A DNA stretch of 64,000 nucleotides from a bacterium (lineage in GTDB: Bacteria > Bacillota_I > Bacilli_A > RFN20 > CAG-826), in contig CAVDSY010000025.1 in the NCBI GenBank assembly GCA_963611815.1, positions 1,596 through 65,595 on the forward strand, read 5' to 3'. Below the pieces are notes generated by a model, which worked only from the letters and a program-made list of their open reading frames with translations, searched no databases and had not been told where the DNA came from. A program made the position numbers and the translations under genes. Positions 37,270 to 45,188 of this stretch are shown here, one piece after another (position 1 is the first letter of the stretch; each line of letters starts with the position of its first letter).

Positions 37270-39132
37270 ATGAAAAAGAAAGATGCCGTCGACATAATAT
37301 CTTTAAATGAGATTAAAGACCCATCTTTTTTGAAAACATTGAATTACAGGCAGCTTGGCGACTTTGCGAAAGTCATTCGGAAAGAGATTATCCGCGTGAC
37401 CTCGAATTATGGCGGCCATCTGTCGAGCAATCTCGGCGTAGTTGAAATAACCTTGGCCCTAAACCGGGTTTTCGATTTCTCAAAGGATAAGCTCATTTTG
37501 GATGTCGGCCATCAATGCTACGCGCAAAAGATATTGACGGGGCGCAGCTTAGACCACTTAAACGAACGTGGCTATTCCAATGGTTTCCAAAACCGTTCGG
37601 AGTCTCCTTACGACTGTTACGACGCTGGGCATAGTTCGACTTCTTTGTCTGCGGCAGAGGCTTTCGCCTACGTGCGCGATCAAAACAAGGAAAGTTACGA
37701 TGTGGTGGCCCTTATCGGCGATGCCTCGATCGTGAATGGGCTAGCTTTCGAGGGCCTAAATAACATCGGTGAGCGTCAGAATAAGGTCATCGTCATCCTT
37801 AATGACAACGGCATGTCCATCGCGAAGCCGATCGGCGGGATGGGCAAATTCTTCCGCAAGATATCGACTGGCAGAATCTACAACAAGACGAAGAAGAAAT
37901 TCCAGAAGGCGATGGCCCATTCTTTCGTGGGCAAAAAAATCTACAGCATCACCTTCAGCTTCAAGAGGGCCCTCAAGTATCGCCTCGTCCCGACGACGAT
38001 GTTCGACAATATGGGCTTTACTTATGTTGGCCCCGTCGACGGGCACAACATAAAAGCCCTTGAGAAAGCCATGAAGTCGGCACGGAATTCCACGAAATCC
38101 GTCATCATCCATTGCTATACCAAAAAGGGGAAGGGGTATCCTTTCGCCGAGAAAGACAAAACCGGCGCATGGCATGGCGTCTCTCCTTTCGACATCACTA
38201 CAGGCGAACTTAAAAACCCGCATCCTAGCGAAATTTCTTGGCCATCTTTCTTCGGCGAAATGATCAAAGAGGAAATGGCCAAAAAAGAAAACACCGTTCT
38301 CGTCACGGCGGCCACCTCGGTCGGCTCCAAACTCACGGATTGTTTCAAAGAATACCCATCCAGATGCTTGGACGTCGGCATCGCCGAAGAGCATGCCCTG
38401 ACTCTTTCCGGGGCTTTGTCGCTGGCCGGCAAAAGGCCAATCGTCTCTTTGTATTCGACCTTCCTTCAAAGGGCTTACGACGAGATCGCGCATGATTGCG
38501 CGAGAATGGGAGCGGATATCACTCTCCTAATCGATAGGGCCGGCCTCTCCGGGAAGAACGGTGAGACTCACCAAGGGATTTACGACGTCGCCTTCATGCG
38601 CAGCATACCGAATGTTTTGCTGACCATGCCTAGCGACGTTGAATCTGCCAAATGGCTATTCAATGAATCCTTCTCCCATGGTGGCGTCTTCGCGATCCGC
38701 TATCCGAACTCATATATCGCGGATGGGGAAAGCGAAAAGGCGGATATGAGGCTGGGATTCCGCAAATTTGGCTGTACTTCAAAGGAAACCGCATTCCTTT
38801 GCGTCGGCCCCCAAGGGAAGAACTTTGCCTTTTCTTGCATGGCAAGCGGCATTCAAGGGACTTTCATTGACCCGGTCGTCCTTTCCGCTCTTGACGAAGG
38901 CGACCTCCAGGAATTGCTTTCTTATAAGAAAATCTTTGTCTACGACCCGTATGGGGTCAAAGAAGGCTTCGCCGAGCTTATCCTCAGCGCCCTCATGGAG
39001 AAAGGCTATTCAGGCAAAGTCAAAATCAAAGCTCTGCCGATGAAATTCATCAAATACGGCTGCATAAAAGACCAGGAAAAGGAATGCGGCGTCGATTTAG
39101 ATAGCGTGCTTGAGGAAGCGAAGGCTTTCTGA
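37270..39132 (+). CDS. dxs: 1-deoxy-D-xylulose-5-phosphate synthase
   Basis: DPSFLKTL N-terminus, GGHLSSNLGVVE, ThDP motif GDASIVNGLAFEGLNN. No SD before ATG 37270. Confidence 0.95.
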   Translation: MKKKDAVDIISLNEIKDPSFLKTLNYRQLGDFAKVIRKEIIRVTSNYGGHLSSNLGVVEITLALNRVFDFSKDKLILDVGHQCYAQKILTGRSLDHLNERGYSNGFQNRSESPYDCYDAGHSSTSLSAAEAFAYVRDQNKESYDVVALIGDASIVNGLAFEGLNNIGERQNKVIVILNDNGMSIAKPIGGMGKFFRKISTGRIYNKTKKKFQKAMAHSFVGKKIYSITFSFKRALKYRLVPTTMFDNMGFTYVGPVDGHNIKALEKAMKSARNSTKSVIIHCYTKKGKGYPFAEKDKTGAWHGVSPFDITTGELKNPHPSEISWPSFFGEMIKEEMAKKENTVLVTAATSVGSKLTDCFKEYPSRCLDVGIAEEHALTLSGALSLAGKRPIVSLYSTFLQRAYDEIAHDCARMGADITLLIDRAGLSGKNGETHQGIYDVAFMRSIPNVLLTMPSDVESAKWLFNESFSHGGVFAIRYPNSYIADGESEKADMRLGFRKFGCTSKETAFLCVGPQGKNFAFSCMASGIQGTFIDPVVLSALDEGDLQELLSYKKIFVYDPYGVKEGFAELILSALMEKGYSGKVKIKALPMKFIKYGCIKDQEKECGVDLDSVLEEAKAF

Positions 39133-39180
39133 AGACAACATCCGGAACGACAATCTTCATCGTTTTCAAACCGGCTTTAA

Positions 39181-39209
39181 TTAACATAACGGGAAGAGCG
39201 ATATAGAAT
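39181..39209 (+). promoter_or_regulatory. Sigma-A-type promoter abutting the dinB start codon
   Basis: TTAACA (39181-39186), 17-nt spacer, TAGAAT (39204-39209), then 6 nt to ATG 39216. No SD. Confidence 0.6.
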
Positions 39210-39215
39210 GTTCGC

Positions 39216-40433
39216 ATGGCTAAGGTCATCATGCATATCGATCTGAACGCCTTCTTCGCGACATGCGAGGAAATACGCGATCCCTCGCTTGCTTCTTTGC
39301 CTGTCCTCATTGGCCATTCCGGGCGTTCAGGCATCGTCTCGACCGCCAATTACGTGGCCAGAAGATACGGGTGCCACAGCGGGCAGCCCACCTTCCAGGC
39401 TCTGCGCCTTTGCCCAGGCGCGAAGGTCATCCCTCCTGATTTCGATTACTATTCGGTGATGTCGCTGAGCTTTTTCTCTTATCTGAGGAAATTCACGCCT
39501 CTCGTCGAGCCGGCTTCGATCGATGAGGGATACGCGGATATGAGCGAAGCCTTGAAGGGGGTCGATGACCCGGAAGGTTATTTCCGTTCCCTGCAAACGG
39601 AACTGAAGAAAGAGACGGGGCTAAGCTGCTCAATCGGGGTCGCCCCCAGCAAATGGCTCGCCAAAATGGCAAGCGATCTCAAAAAGCCGATGGGACTGAC
39701 TTTCTGCAGGAGGAAGGACATACCTTCTTTGATATACCCTCTTCCCATTGAGTCTTTTTGGGGCATAGGGAAGAAGACGGCCCCGCGCCTCAGGGAGCTG
39801 GGAATCAACACGATCGGCGATTTCGCCTCAAAGGCGATTGATAACGATCCTTTCCTGCAAAAAGAGCTCGGGAAATTCTTCTTCACCGCGAAAGAATGGG
39901 TGCAAGGCAGAGGGGATGACGAGGTGCGGATAGAAGAGGACGACCCCAAATCCATCGGGGCCCAAATAACCTTGCCTTACGATTGTTCCACCTGCGAGGA
40001 GATATCCCCTTTCGTGAGTAAGATAGCGACCGAGATTTCCTCTCGCGCAGCCAAGGAGAGCAAGAAAGGCAAAGGACTGACGGTTTCCGTGAAGACCCTT
40101 GATTTCCGCCTCCATAGCAGAGCGATCCCCCTTAGCGATTCCACCCGTGAGCCTGAGCTCATCGAAAAAGAGGCCGAAAAGGCTTTGGCCTCGCTTCTTG
40201 AAAAGCTGGGCAGCCCCAAGATAAGGCAAGTGGGGGTGACTCTCACCAAGCTGGTCGACCCTGAGAGGGAAAGCGTTCAGATGAGTTTGTGGAATTACGA
40301 GGATTATGAGAAGAAAGACGCGACCAAGCTTTTGATTGAGGAACTCAACAGAAAAGCCAGCAAAAAGCTTGGCACCCCCTTGCTGAAAAGAGCGTCTCAA
40401 GCGGAAAAGAAAGGCGCCAAGCATGGAAATTAA
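39216..40433 (+). CDS. dinB: DNA polymerase IV (Y-family)
   Basis: IMHIDLNAFFATCE, SIDEGYADM, and a little-finger domain. Confidence 0.95.
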   Translation: MAKVIMHIDLNAFFATCEEIRDPSLASLPVLIGHSGRSGIVSTANYVARRYGCHSGQPTFQALRLCPGAKVIPPDFDYYSVMSLSFFSYLRKFTPLVEPASIDEGYADMSEALKGVDDPEGYFRSLQTELKKETGLSCSIGVAPSKWLAKMASDLKKPMGLTFCRRKDIPSLIYPLPIESFWGIGKKTAPRLRELGINTIGDFASKAIDNDPFLQKELGKFFFTAKEWVQGRGDDEVRIEEDDPKSIGAQITLPYDCSTCEEISPFVSKIATEISSRAAKESKKGKGLTVSVKTLDFRLHSRAIPLSDSTREPELIEKEAEKALASLLEKLGSPKIRQVGVTLTKLVDPERESVQMSLWNYEDYEKKDATKLLIEELNRKASKKLGTPLLKRASQAEKKGAKHGN

Positions 40434-41307
40434 ACAGGCTCTTGAAGAGTATTTCACCTATCTCCTCGCCTCCAAGGGGCTTTCGGAGAAGACGGTGGAC
40501 GATTACAAGGAAGATCTGCTGATTTTCCTGAGGGATTTCCCTTCCAAGGAGACGACGGAGGATTTGCTGGAGACCGATCTCGGCGATTTCGCCATAAAAG
40601 AAGGCGAGAAAGACCGCTCTTCTTCAACGATTGCCAGGAGGCTCTCTTCTCTCTATAACTTCTATCTTTTCCTCTACCATAGAGGCCTCATCGAGGTCGC
40701 TCCTGGAAGGGTGGAAAGGCCGAAAGAGGAGAAAAGTCTTCCAGTCATCCTTTCCTTTGAGGAGGTGGAAAGGCTTCTAGAAGCCCCGGACACCAGCAAA
40801 GAAAGCGGCGTGAGAGACAAGGCGATGCTGGAGACGATGTATGCGACGGGGCTGCGCGTCAGCGAGCTTTGCGCCTTGCCCCTTTCCTCCATCAACGTCG
40901 AGAAGGGGCTGATCCAGATAAGGCACGGCAAAGGGAACAAGCAGCGAACAGTCCCCATCTCGCCCTTTGCCTTGGAGTGGCTTGAGACTTACATCCACGA
41001 TTTTCGTTCCAAGAACAAAGGCAAGAAGAAAAAAGAGGTATTCCTTAATCTGAGAGGCGAGCCCATCAGCAGGAACTATTTCTTCATGCAGGTGAAGAAA
41101 TACGCAGCGGAATCCGGGATCGAGGTCTCTATAAGCCCCCATACGCTGCGCCATTGCTTCGCCACCCATCTTCTGGAGAACGGAGCGGAGCTGCGGGCGG
41201 TGCAGGAGATGCTTGGGCACGCCCATCTCTCCACGACCCAGATCTACACGCACGTCTCCACCAGAAGGATCCTCGAAGCCTATGACCGATTCTCCTCGCG
41301 AAAATAG
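40423..41307 (+). CDS. xerD: Tyrosine recombinase XerD/XerC type
   Basis: ~294 aa with the R..HxxR..Y catalytic set (ATGLRVSE, HTLRHCFATHLL, GHAHLSTTQIYTH). The xerD-deoB neighbourhood matches Bacillus ripX-drm. Confidence 0.85.
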   Translation: MEIKQALEEYFTYLLASKGLSEKTVDDYKEDLLIFLRDFPSKETTEDLLETDLGDFAIKEGEKDRSSSTIARRLSSLYNFYLFLYHRGLIEVAPGRVERPKEEKSLPVILSFEEVERLLEAPDTSKESGVRDKAMLETMYATGLRVSELCALPLSSINVEKGLIQIRHGKGNKQRTVPISPFALEWLETYIHDFRSKNKGKKKKEVFLNLRGEPISRNYFFMQVKKYAAESGIEVSISPHTLRHCFATHLLENGAELRAVQEMLGHAHLSTTQIYTHVSTRRILEAYDRFSSRK

Positions 41308-41351
41308 GCTATAATGGAAGGCGAGATTCTCTCGCTTAGGAGGCAATTCAC

Positions 41352-42566
41352 ATGGACAAGCAATTCAAACGCTTCAAAAGGATATTCCTCATCGTCGCCG
41401 ACAGCGCCGGCATCGGCGAAGAGCCTGACGCCGATCTTTTTGGCGACTGCGGCTCCAACACCTGGGCCCACGCCGCGGATAGCGTAGGGGGCTTATGCGT
41501 CCCCAACATGGAAGCGATGGGCATCGGGGAACTCGATGAGATAAAGGGCGTCAAAAAGGTTTCCTCCCATCCTTTGGCCTATAGCCTTGCCTGCCGGGAG
41601 ACGAGCAAAGGGAAGGACACGATGACCGGCCACTGGGAGATGATGGGCATCAACACGACCAAGCCCTTCCAGACTTTCACGGACACTGGTTTCCCCAAAG
41701 AGCTCATCGATGAGCTGGAAAAGGAGACCGGCCACAGGGTTATCGGCAACAAAGCCGCTTCTGGAACCGAGATCCTCGATGAGCTTGGCGAAGAGCAAAT
41801 AAAGGAAAACGCCCTCATCGTCTACACTTCCGCCGATTCGGTTTTGCAAATCGCCGCTAACGAAGATCACATGGCCCTCAGCGAGATATACCGTTGCTGC
41901 GAGATTGCAAGAAGCCTCACGATGCGGAGCGAATGGTTCGTTGGCAGAGTGATCGCCAGGCCTTATGTCGGCGAAAAGAAAGGCGAATTCAAGCGGGTCG
42001 GAGCGCATCGCCATGACTACACGGTGTCTCCAAGCAACGTCACCGCTTTGGATATCCTCAAGAAGAACGGATATACGGTAAGCGGAATCGGCAAAATCAA
42101 CGATATCTTCAACGGGGTAGGCATAACCAAGACCATCCACACCGCGAGCAACGAGGAAGGGATGGACGAGGCAATCCGACAATTGAAGGAAGACGATTGG
42201 ACGGGCCTTTGTTTCGTCAATCTCGTCGAATTCGACAGCGAATACGGCCATCGCCGCAATCCGGTTGGCTACGCGCGTTGCCTTGAGGCTTTCGATAAGC
42301 GCGTTGGGGAGTTCATCGCGAACATGGGAAGCGAGGATCTTCTTCTGATCACCGCCGACCATGGGAACGACCCGATTTTCAAAGGCACCGACCATACAAG
42401 GGAGAAAGTTCCTTTGCTTTGCTATTGCCCAAGTTTCAAAAACGGGCGAAAGATCGAAGAGCAGCCAACGTTCGCCGTGATGGGGGATACGATTCTCTCC
42501 AATTTCTATCTGAAAAAAGACCCGACGATGCTTGGAACCACCCTTGATGAGCTTCTCGAGGACTGA
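41352..42566 (+). CDS. deoB: Phosphopentomutase
   Basis: RIFLIVADSAGIGE, NLVEFDSEYGHRRN, TADHGNDP. AGGAGG SD. Confidence 0.95.
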   Translation: MDKQFKRFKRIFLIVADSAGIGEEPDADLFGDCGSNTWAHAADSVGGLCVPNMEAMGIGELDEIKGVKKVSSHPLAYSLACRETSKGKDTMTGHWEMMGINTTKPFQTFTDTGFPKELIDELEKETGHRVIGNKAASGTEILDELGEEQIKENALIVYTSADSVLQIAANEDHMALSEIYRCCEIARSLTMRSEWFVGRVIARPYVGEKKGEFKRVGAHRHDYTVSPSNVTALDILKKNGYTVSGIGKINDIFNGVGITKTIHTASNEEGMDEAIRQLKEDDWTGLCFVNLVEFDSEYGHRRNPVGYARCLEAFDKRVGEFIANMGSEDLLLITADHGNDPIFKGTDHTREKVPLLCYCPSFKNGRKIEEQPTFAVMGDTILSNFYLKKDPTMLGTTLDELLED

Positions 42567-42645
42567 AATCGATTTACCGAAGCGTTTCGATGTAAATAAA
42601 GAACTTTTTATTCCATAATATTCTGGTTATCAGCGAGGTGAATCC

Positions 42646-43626
42646 ATGAAAAAACAAAAATTGGCTTTAGCCCTATTCTCCCTTCCTCTTTTTTCCTGCG
42701 GGAACGGGAACGCGGGCTATGAAATCAAATGGGTCACGCCCACCGGCGCTCCGACCTTGGCTTTTTATGACCAAGGAAACAATTCCAATTGGACGAGCGC
42801 GAGCAATCCAAGCGAGGTGGTGGTGCCTTCTTTCGCCGCCAACAGCTGCGATTTCATCGTCTTCGATGGCGTCAGCGGGCTTAATCTGATGACCAAGAAC
42901 GCGAGCGCCGCCAATTACAAGCTCGCCCGTTGGATTAACAACCTCGGTTTCTATGTGGTCTCCTTGAAGCACACCAAAGAAGATACGGCCTCTTGGGACA
43001 CTTCTTGGAAGATCGACGGCTTCGTCCAAACCGGCAACTGCTCAAGGGCATTCCTCTCTTTGGCGAATTCGTCTTGGAAATGGGGCGACGTCGCATCGCA
43101 AACAACTTTCGAGACCGGCGTAAGCCAAGTGGCGAGCAACATCGCCTCCAATGGCTTTGATTTCTATGTCGTCGCCGATCCGGTATACACGAATCTGAAG
43201 GCGAAGATGGGCGATAAGCTCCATTTGATTTACGACCTCCAAGAAGAGTGGGGGAAGGCACATGATGGCGCCTCCATTCCCAGCGCGGCCCTCTTTGCGA
43301 ACGCAAAGCTTTATACCGAGCACCAAGCCGATTACGACAAATTCATTGACGATCTCGACGTCCGCCTCGGCGTTCTCGTCGATTATCCGTCGAGCGCTCA
43401 GATGACCCTTCGCAATTACGCGGAGAGCAATCCCGATGCGGTGGTTGACGGAAATTATGTGAAATTCGGCATCGCCAAAAGCATCGTCGACAGTCTCGAC
43501 ACATTGCAAAAAGACAATGTCTTCGGCTTTCTGAAGAAAGGCGAAATCAAAGACAACAAAGCGGTTGCGAACGCTTTCAACGAAGCCCTTGGCGGCAACG
43601 CGTTCTCTGAGTCGCTCTTTCTTTGA
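42646..43626 (+). CDS. Lipoprotein, probable ABC-transporter substrate-binding protein
   Basis: Signal peptide plus lipobox LFSCG. Immediately followed by, and overlapping, a permease gene. No specific substrate motif recognised. Confidence 0.7.
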   Translation: MKKQKLALALFSLPLFSCGNGNAGYEIKWVTPTGAPTLAFYDQGNNSNWTSASNPSEVVVPSFAANSCDFIVFDGVSGLNLMTKNASAANYKLARWINNLGFYVVSLKHTKEDTASWDTSWKIDGFVQTGNCSRAFLSLANSSWKWGDVASQTTFETGVSQVASNIASNGFDFYVVADPVYTNLKAKMGDKLHLIYDLQEEWGKAHDGASIPSAALFANAKLYTEHQADYDKFIDDLDVRLGVLVDYPSSAQMTLRNYAESNPDAVVDGNYVKFGIAKSIVDSLDTLQKDNVFGFLKKGEIKDNKAVANAFNEALGGNAFSESLFL

Positions 43627-43640
43627 CAAAGGAGCGCAAA

Positions 43641-44447
43641 GTGGGGGAACAAAGTAGAAAAAAACCACATCTAGTTTGGGTTTTTTCTCTCTTTGGTACC
43701 CTTTTTATTTTTGGTGTTTGGTATCTAATCGCCTTTGTTTTGATAAGCAAAGGAAATCGGGGCGTCCCTTACCCCCATGAGACAGTATCATTGGCCTTAA
43801 ATTACCTTTTCGGCAACGAGGCCAACAAGACATGGAAAGCGATATTCTGGACGCTGCTCAGGATCTTCGCAGGCCTTTCCATATCCTTCGCGCTAGGGGC
43901 AATTTTCGGCGTCCTTAGCGGCTTGTACAAACCGTTTAGATATTTCTCCAAACCAGGAATCGGTGCGTTGCGGGCAACCCCGACGGTCGCGATAGTCCTT
44001 ATTTTGGTGTCCGCCATAATGGGCGGCAGAAATCATGAATTGCTCTCGTGGGTCCCGGTGGCTTTGACTTTCTGCGTCGCCTTCCCTTTGTTTTTCGAAG
44101 CCTTCCAAAGCGGCTTGCTCGATGAGAATCAAGACATAAAAGATTCATTGTCTCTAGAAGGGGCCTCACGCAAATTCATCACCGTAAGGAAGGTCTATCT
44201 GCCGGATTCCTGGCCGTTCATCAAGATGAGCATCGCCCAAAGCGTCGGCTTGGGATTCAAAGTTTCCATAATGGCCGAGGTCCTCACGAACACCAGCGCA
44301 GGCCATATTGGCCTAGGGACATTGATCGTTCTCTCAAGGCAGGCAGACGGAGGGATCGAACAGATCCCGGCTTACGCTTTGATTGCTTTGACGTTGATGG
44401 CAGTCCTTGATTTGCCGTTCTTCATCATGAAGGCCAAAAGGGATTGA
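43641..44447 (+). CDS. ABC transporter permease (SsuC/TauC/ThiX-like)
   Basis: Six predicted TM helices and an EAA-like loop (SLEGASRKFITVRKVYLP). Start taken at GTG 43641 with AAAGGAG SD at 6-nt spacing; the track starts at TTG 43623. Confidence 0.8.
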   Translation: MGEQSRKKPHLVWVFSLFGTLFIFGVWYLIAFVLISKGNRGVPYPHETVSLALNYLFGNEANKTWKAIFWTLLRIFAGLSISFALGAIFGVLSGLYKPFRYFSKPGIGALRATPTVAIVLILVSAIMGGRNHELLSWVPVALTFCVAFPLFFEAFQSGLLDENQDIKDSLSLEGASRKFITVRKVYLPDSWPFIKMSIAQSVGLGFKVSIMAEVLTNTSAGHIGLGTLIVLSRQADGGIEQIPAYALIALTLMAVLDLPFFIMKAKRD

Positions 44448-44588
44448 GCCTATTTTAGAGTGACAAATTTGCCGTCGTTAATTTTTGCGACGATTCATTA
44501 AGGCAATGTACGATCTTTGATGAAATATAAAAAAGATGAATTTTCTCTTTCAAGCTGCCTCTCTAGCAAAGCCGCAAATAAACATAAT

Positions 44589-44598
44589 TAGTAGTTTT
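44589..44598 (+). repeat. TAGTAGTTTT motif copy c (full 14-mer ATTAGTAGTTTTTT at 44587-44600)
   Basis: Lies in the 397-nt AT-rich spacer and is followed by GGTATAAGTGAAA, which resembles the AGTATATGAAA after copy b. Confidence 0.95.
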
Positions 44599-44780
44599 TT
44601 GGTATAAGTGAAATTTTGGCAAAAAAGATATTCAAGGTAGTGAATAACCTAATGCCATAAATTTTTTGTTTTAAAAAACAATCGGCACTAGGCTTTTTAT
44701 TTATCCTTTACTTAACATAATAGACATTATGCGAAGTGGCATATTTTTCAACAAGTGGAACCGATTTTCAAAAAGCCTTT

Positions 44781-44790
44781 ATCTACTAAT
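44781..44790 (-). repeat. Partial motif copy f (ATTAGTAGAT on the minus strand)
   Basis: Plus strand ATCTACTAAT, just past the U-tract of the rsfS terminator on the minus strand. Forms an 8-bp inverted pair with copy c. Confidence 0.7.
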
Positions 44791-44793
44791 TCG

Positions 44794-44824
44794 AAAAAGA
44801 AAAGCGGCCACTGCTGCGACCGCT
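44794..44824 (-). terminator. Intrinsic terminator of the yqeG...rsfS operon
   Basis: Minus strand AGCGGTC-GCAGCAGT-GGCCGCT (one G-U pair) followed by TTTCTTTTT. Confidence 0.7.
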
Positions 44825-44844
44825 AATATACGTATGTATGCTCT

Positions 44845-45186
44845 TTAAGCTCTTTTTGACGTGATCTCTTTTTCAAGGAGCCCTTCGAGGTTTATTTCTT
44901 TGCGATTGACGTCTAAGAACATATGCACGACAACCTCTCCTGCTTCTACTATCATCCAGCCAGATTCTGGGATGCCGTCTTTTTTGATATCCGTATATCC
45001 TTCTTTCTCGAACTCTTCCTCAAGCGTTTCGGAGAGAGCGCCAAGCTGACGGATATTCGTCGCGGTGCTGAGGACGTAAAAGGAGGAGAAAGGGCTGAAC
45101 CCTTCAACATCCACCACCGCTATATCCGTGGCCTTATGGTCTTCAAGGACCTTTTTGGCGATCTCGAGTTCTTTGCAAGTCTTCAT
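44845..45186 (-). CDS. rsfS: Ribosomal silencing factor RsfS (iojap-like)
   Basis: ~113 aa with the pattern ATDIAVVDV...FYVLSTATNIRQL...WMIVEAGEVVVHMF. Confidence 0.9.
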   Translation of the reverse strand: MKTCKELEIAKKVLEDHKATDIAVVDVEGFSPFSSFYVLSTATNIRQLGALSETLEEEFEKEGYTDIKKDGIPESGWMIVEAGEVVVHMFLDVNRKEINLEGLLEKEITSKRA

Positions 45187-45188
45187 TT

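Noticed and set aside
37251-37272. Interpreting the ATTAGTAGTTTTTT motif as a sigma-A promoter for dxs
   Set aside because: The spacing between TTAGTA and the TATA-like element is only ~9 nt. In copy b, the TAGTAT element abuts the dxs ATG, which is incompatible with normal -35/-10/TSS geometry.
39133-39215. LexA (Cheo box, CGAAC-N4-GTTCG) operator upstream of dinB
   Set aside because: Only a right half-site (GTTCG at 39210-39214) and an unrelated repeat, GGAACGA-N9-TCGTTTTC, are present. There is no full GAAC-N4-GTTC match.
40423-41307. Tyrosine recombinase as a marker of an integrated element
   Set aside because: It has Xer-type size and motifs, overlaps dinB, and precedes deoB in the Bacillus ripX-drm arrangement. 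There are no flanking att-like repeats or cargo genes.
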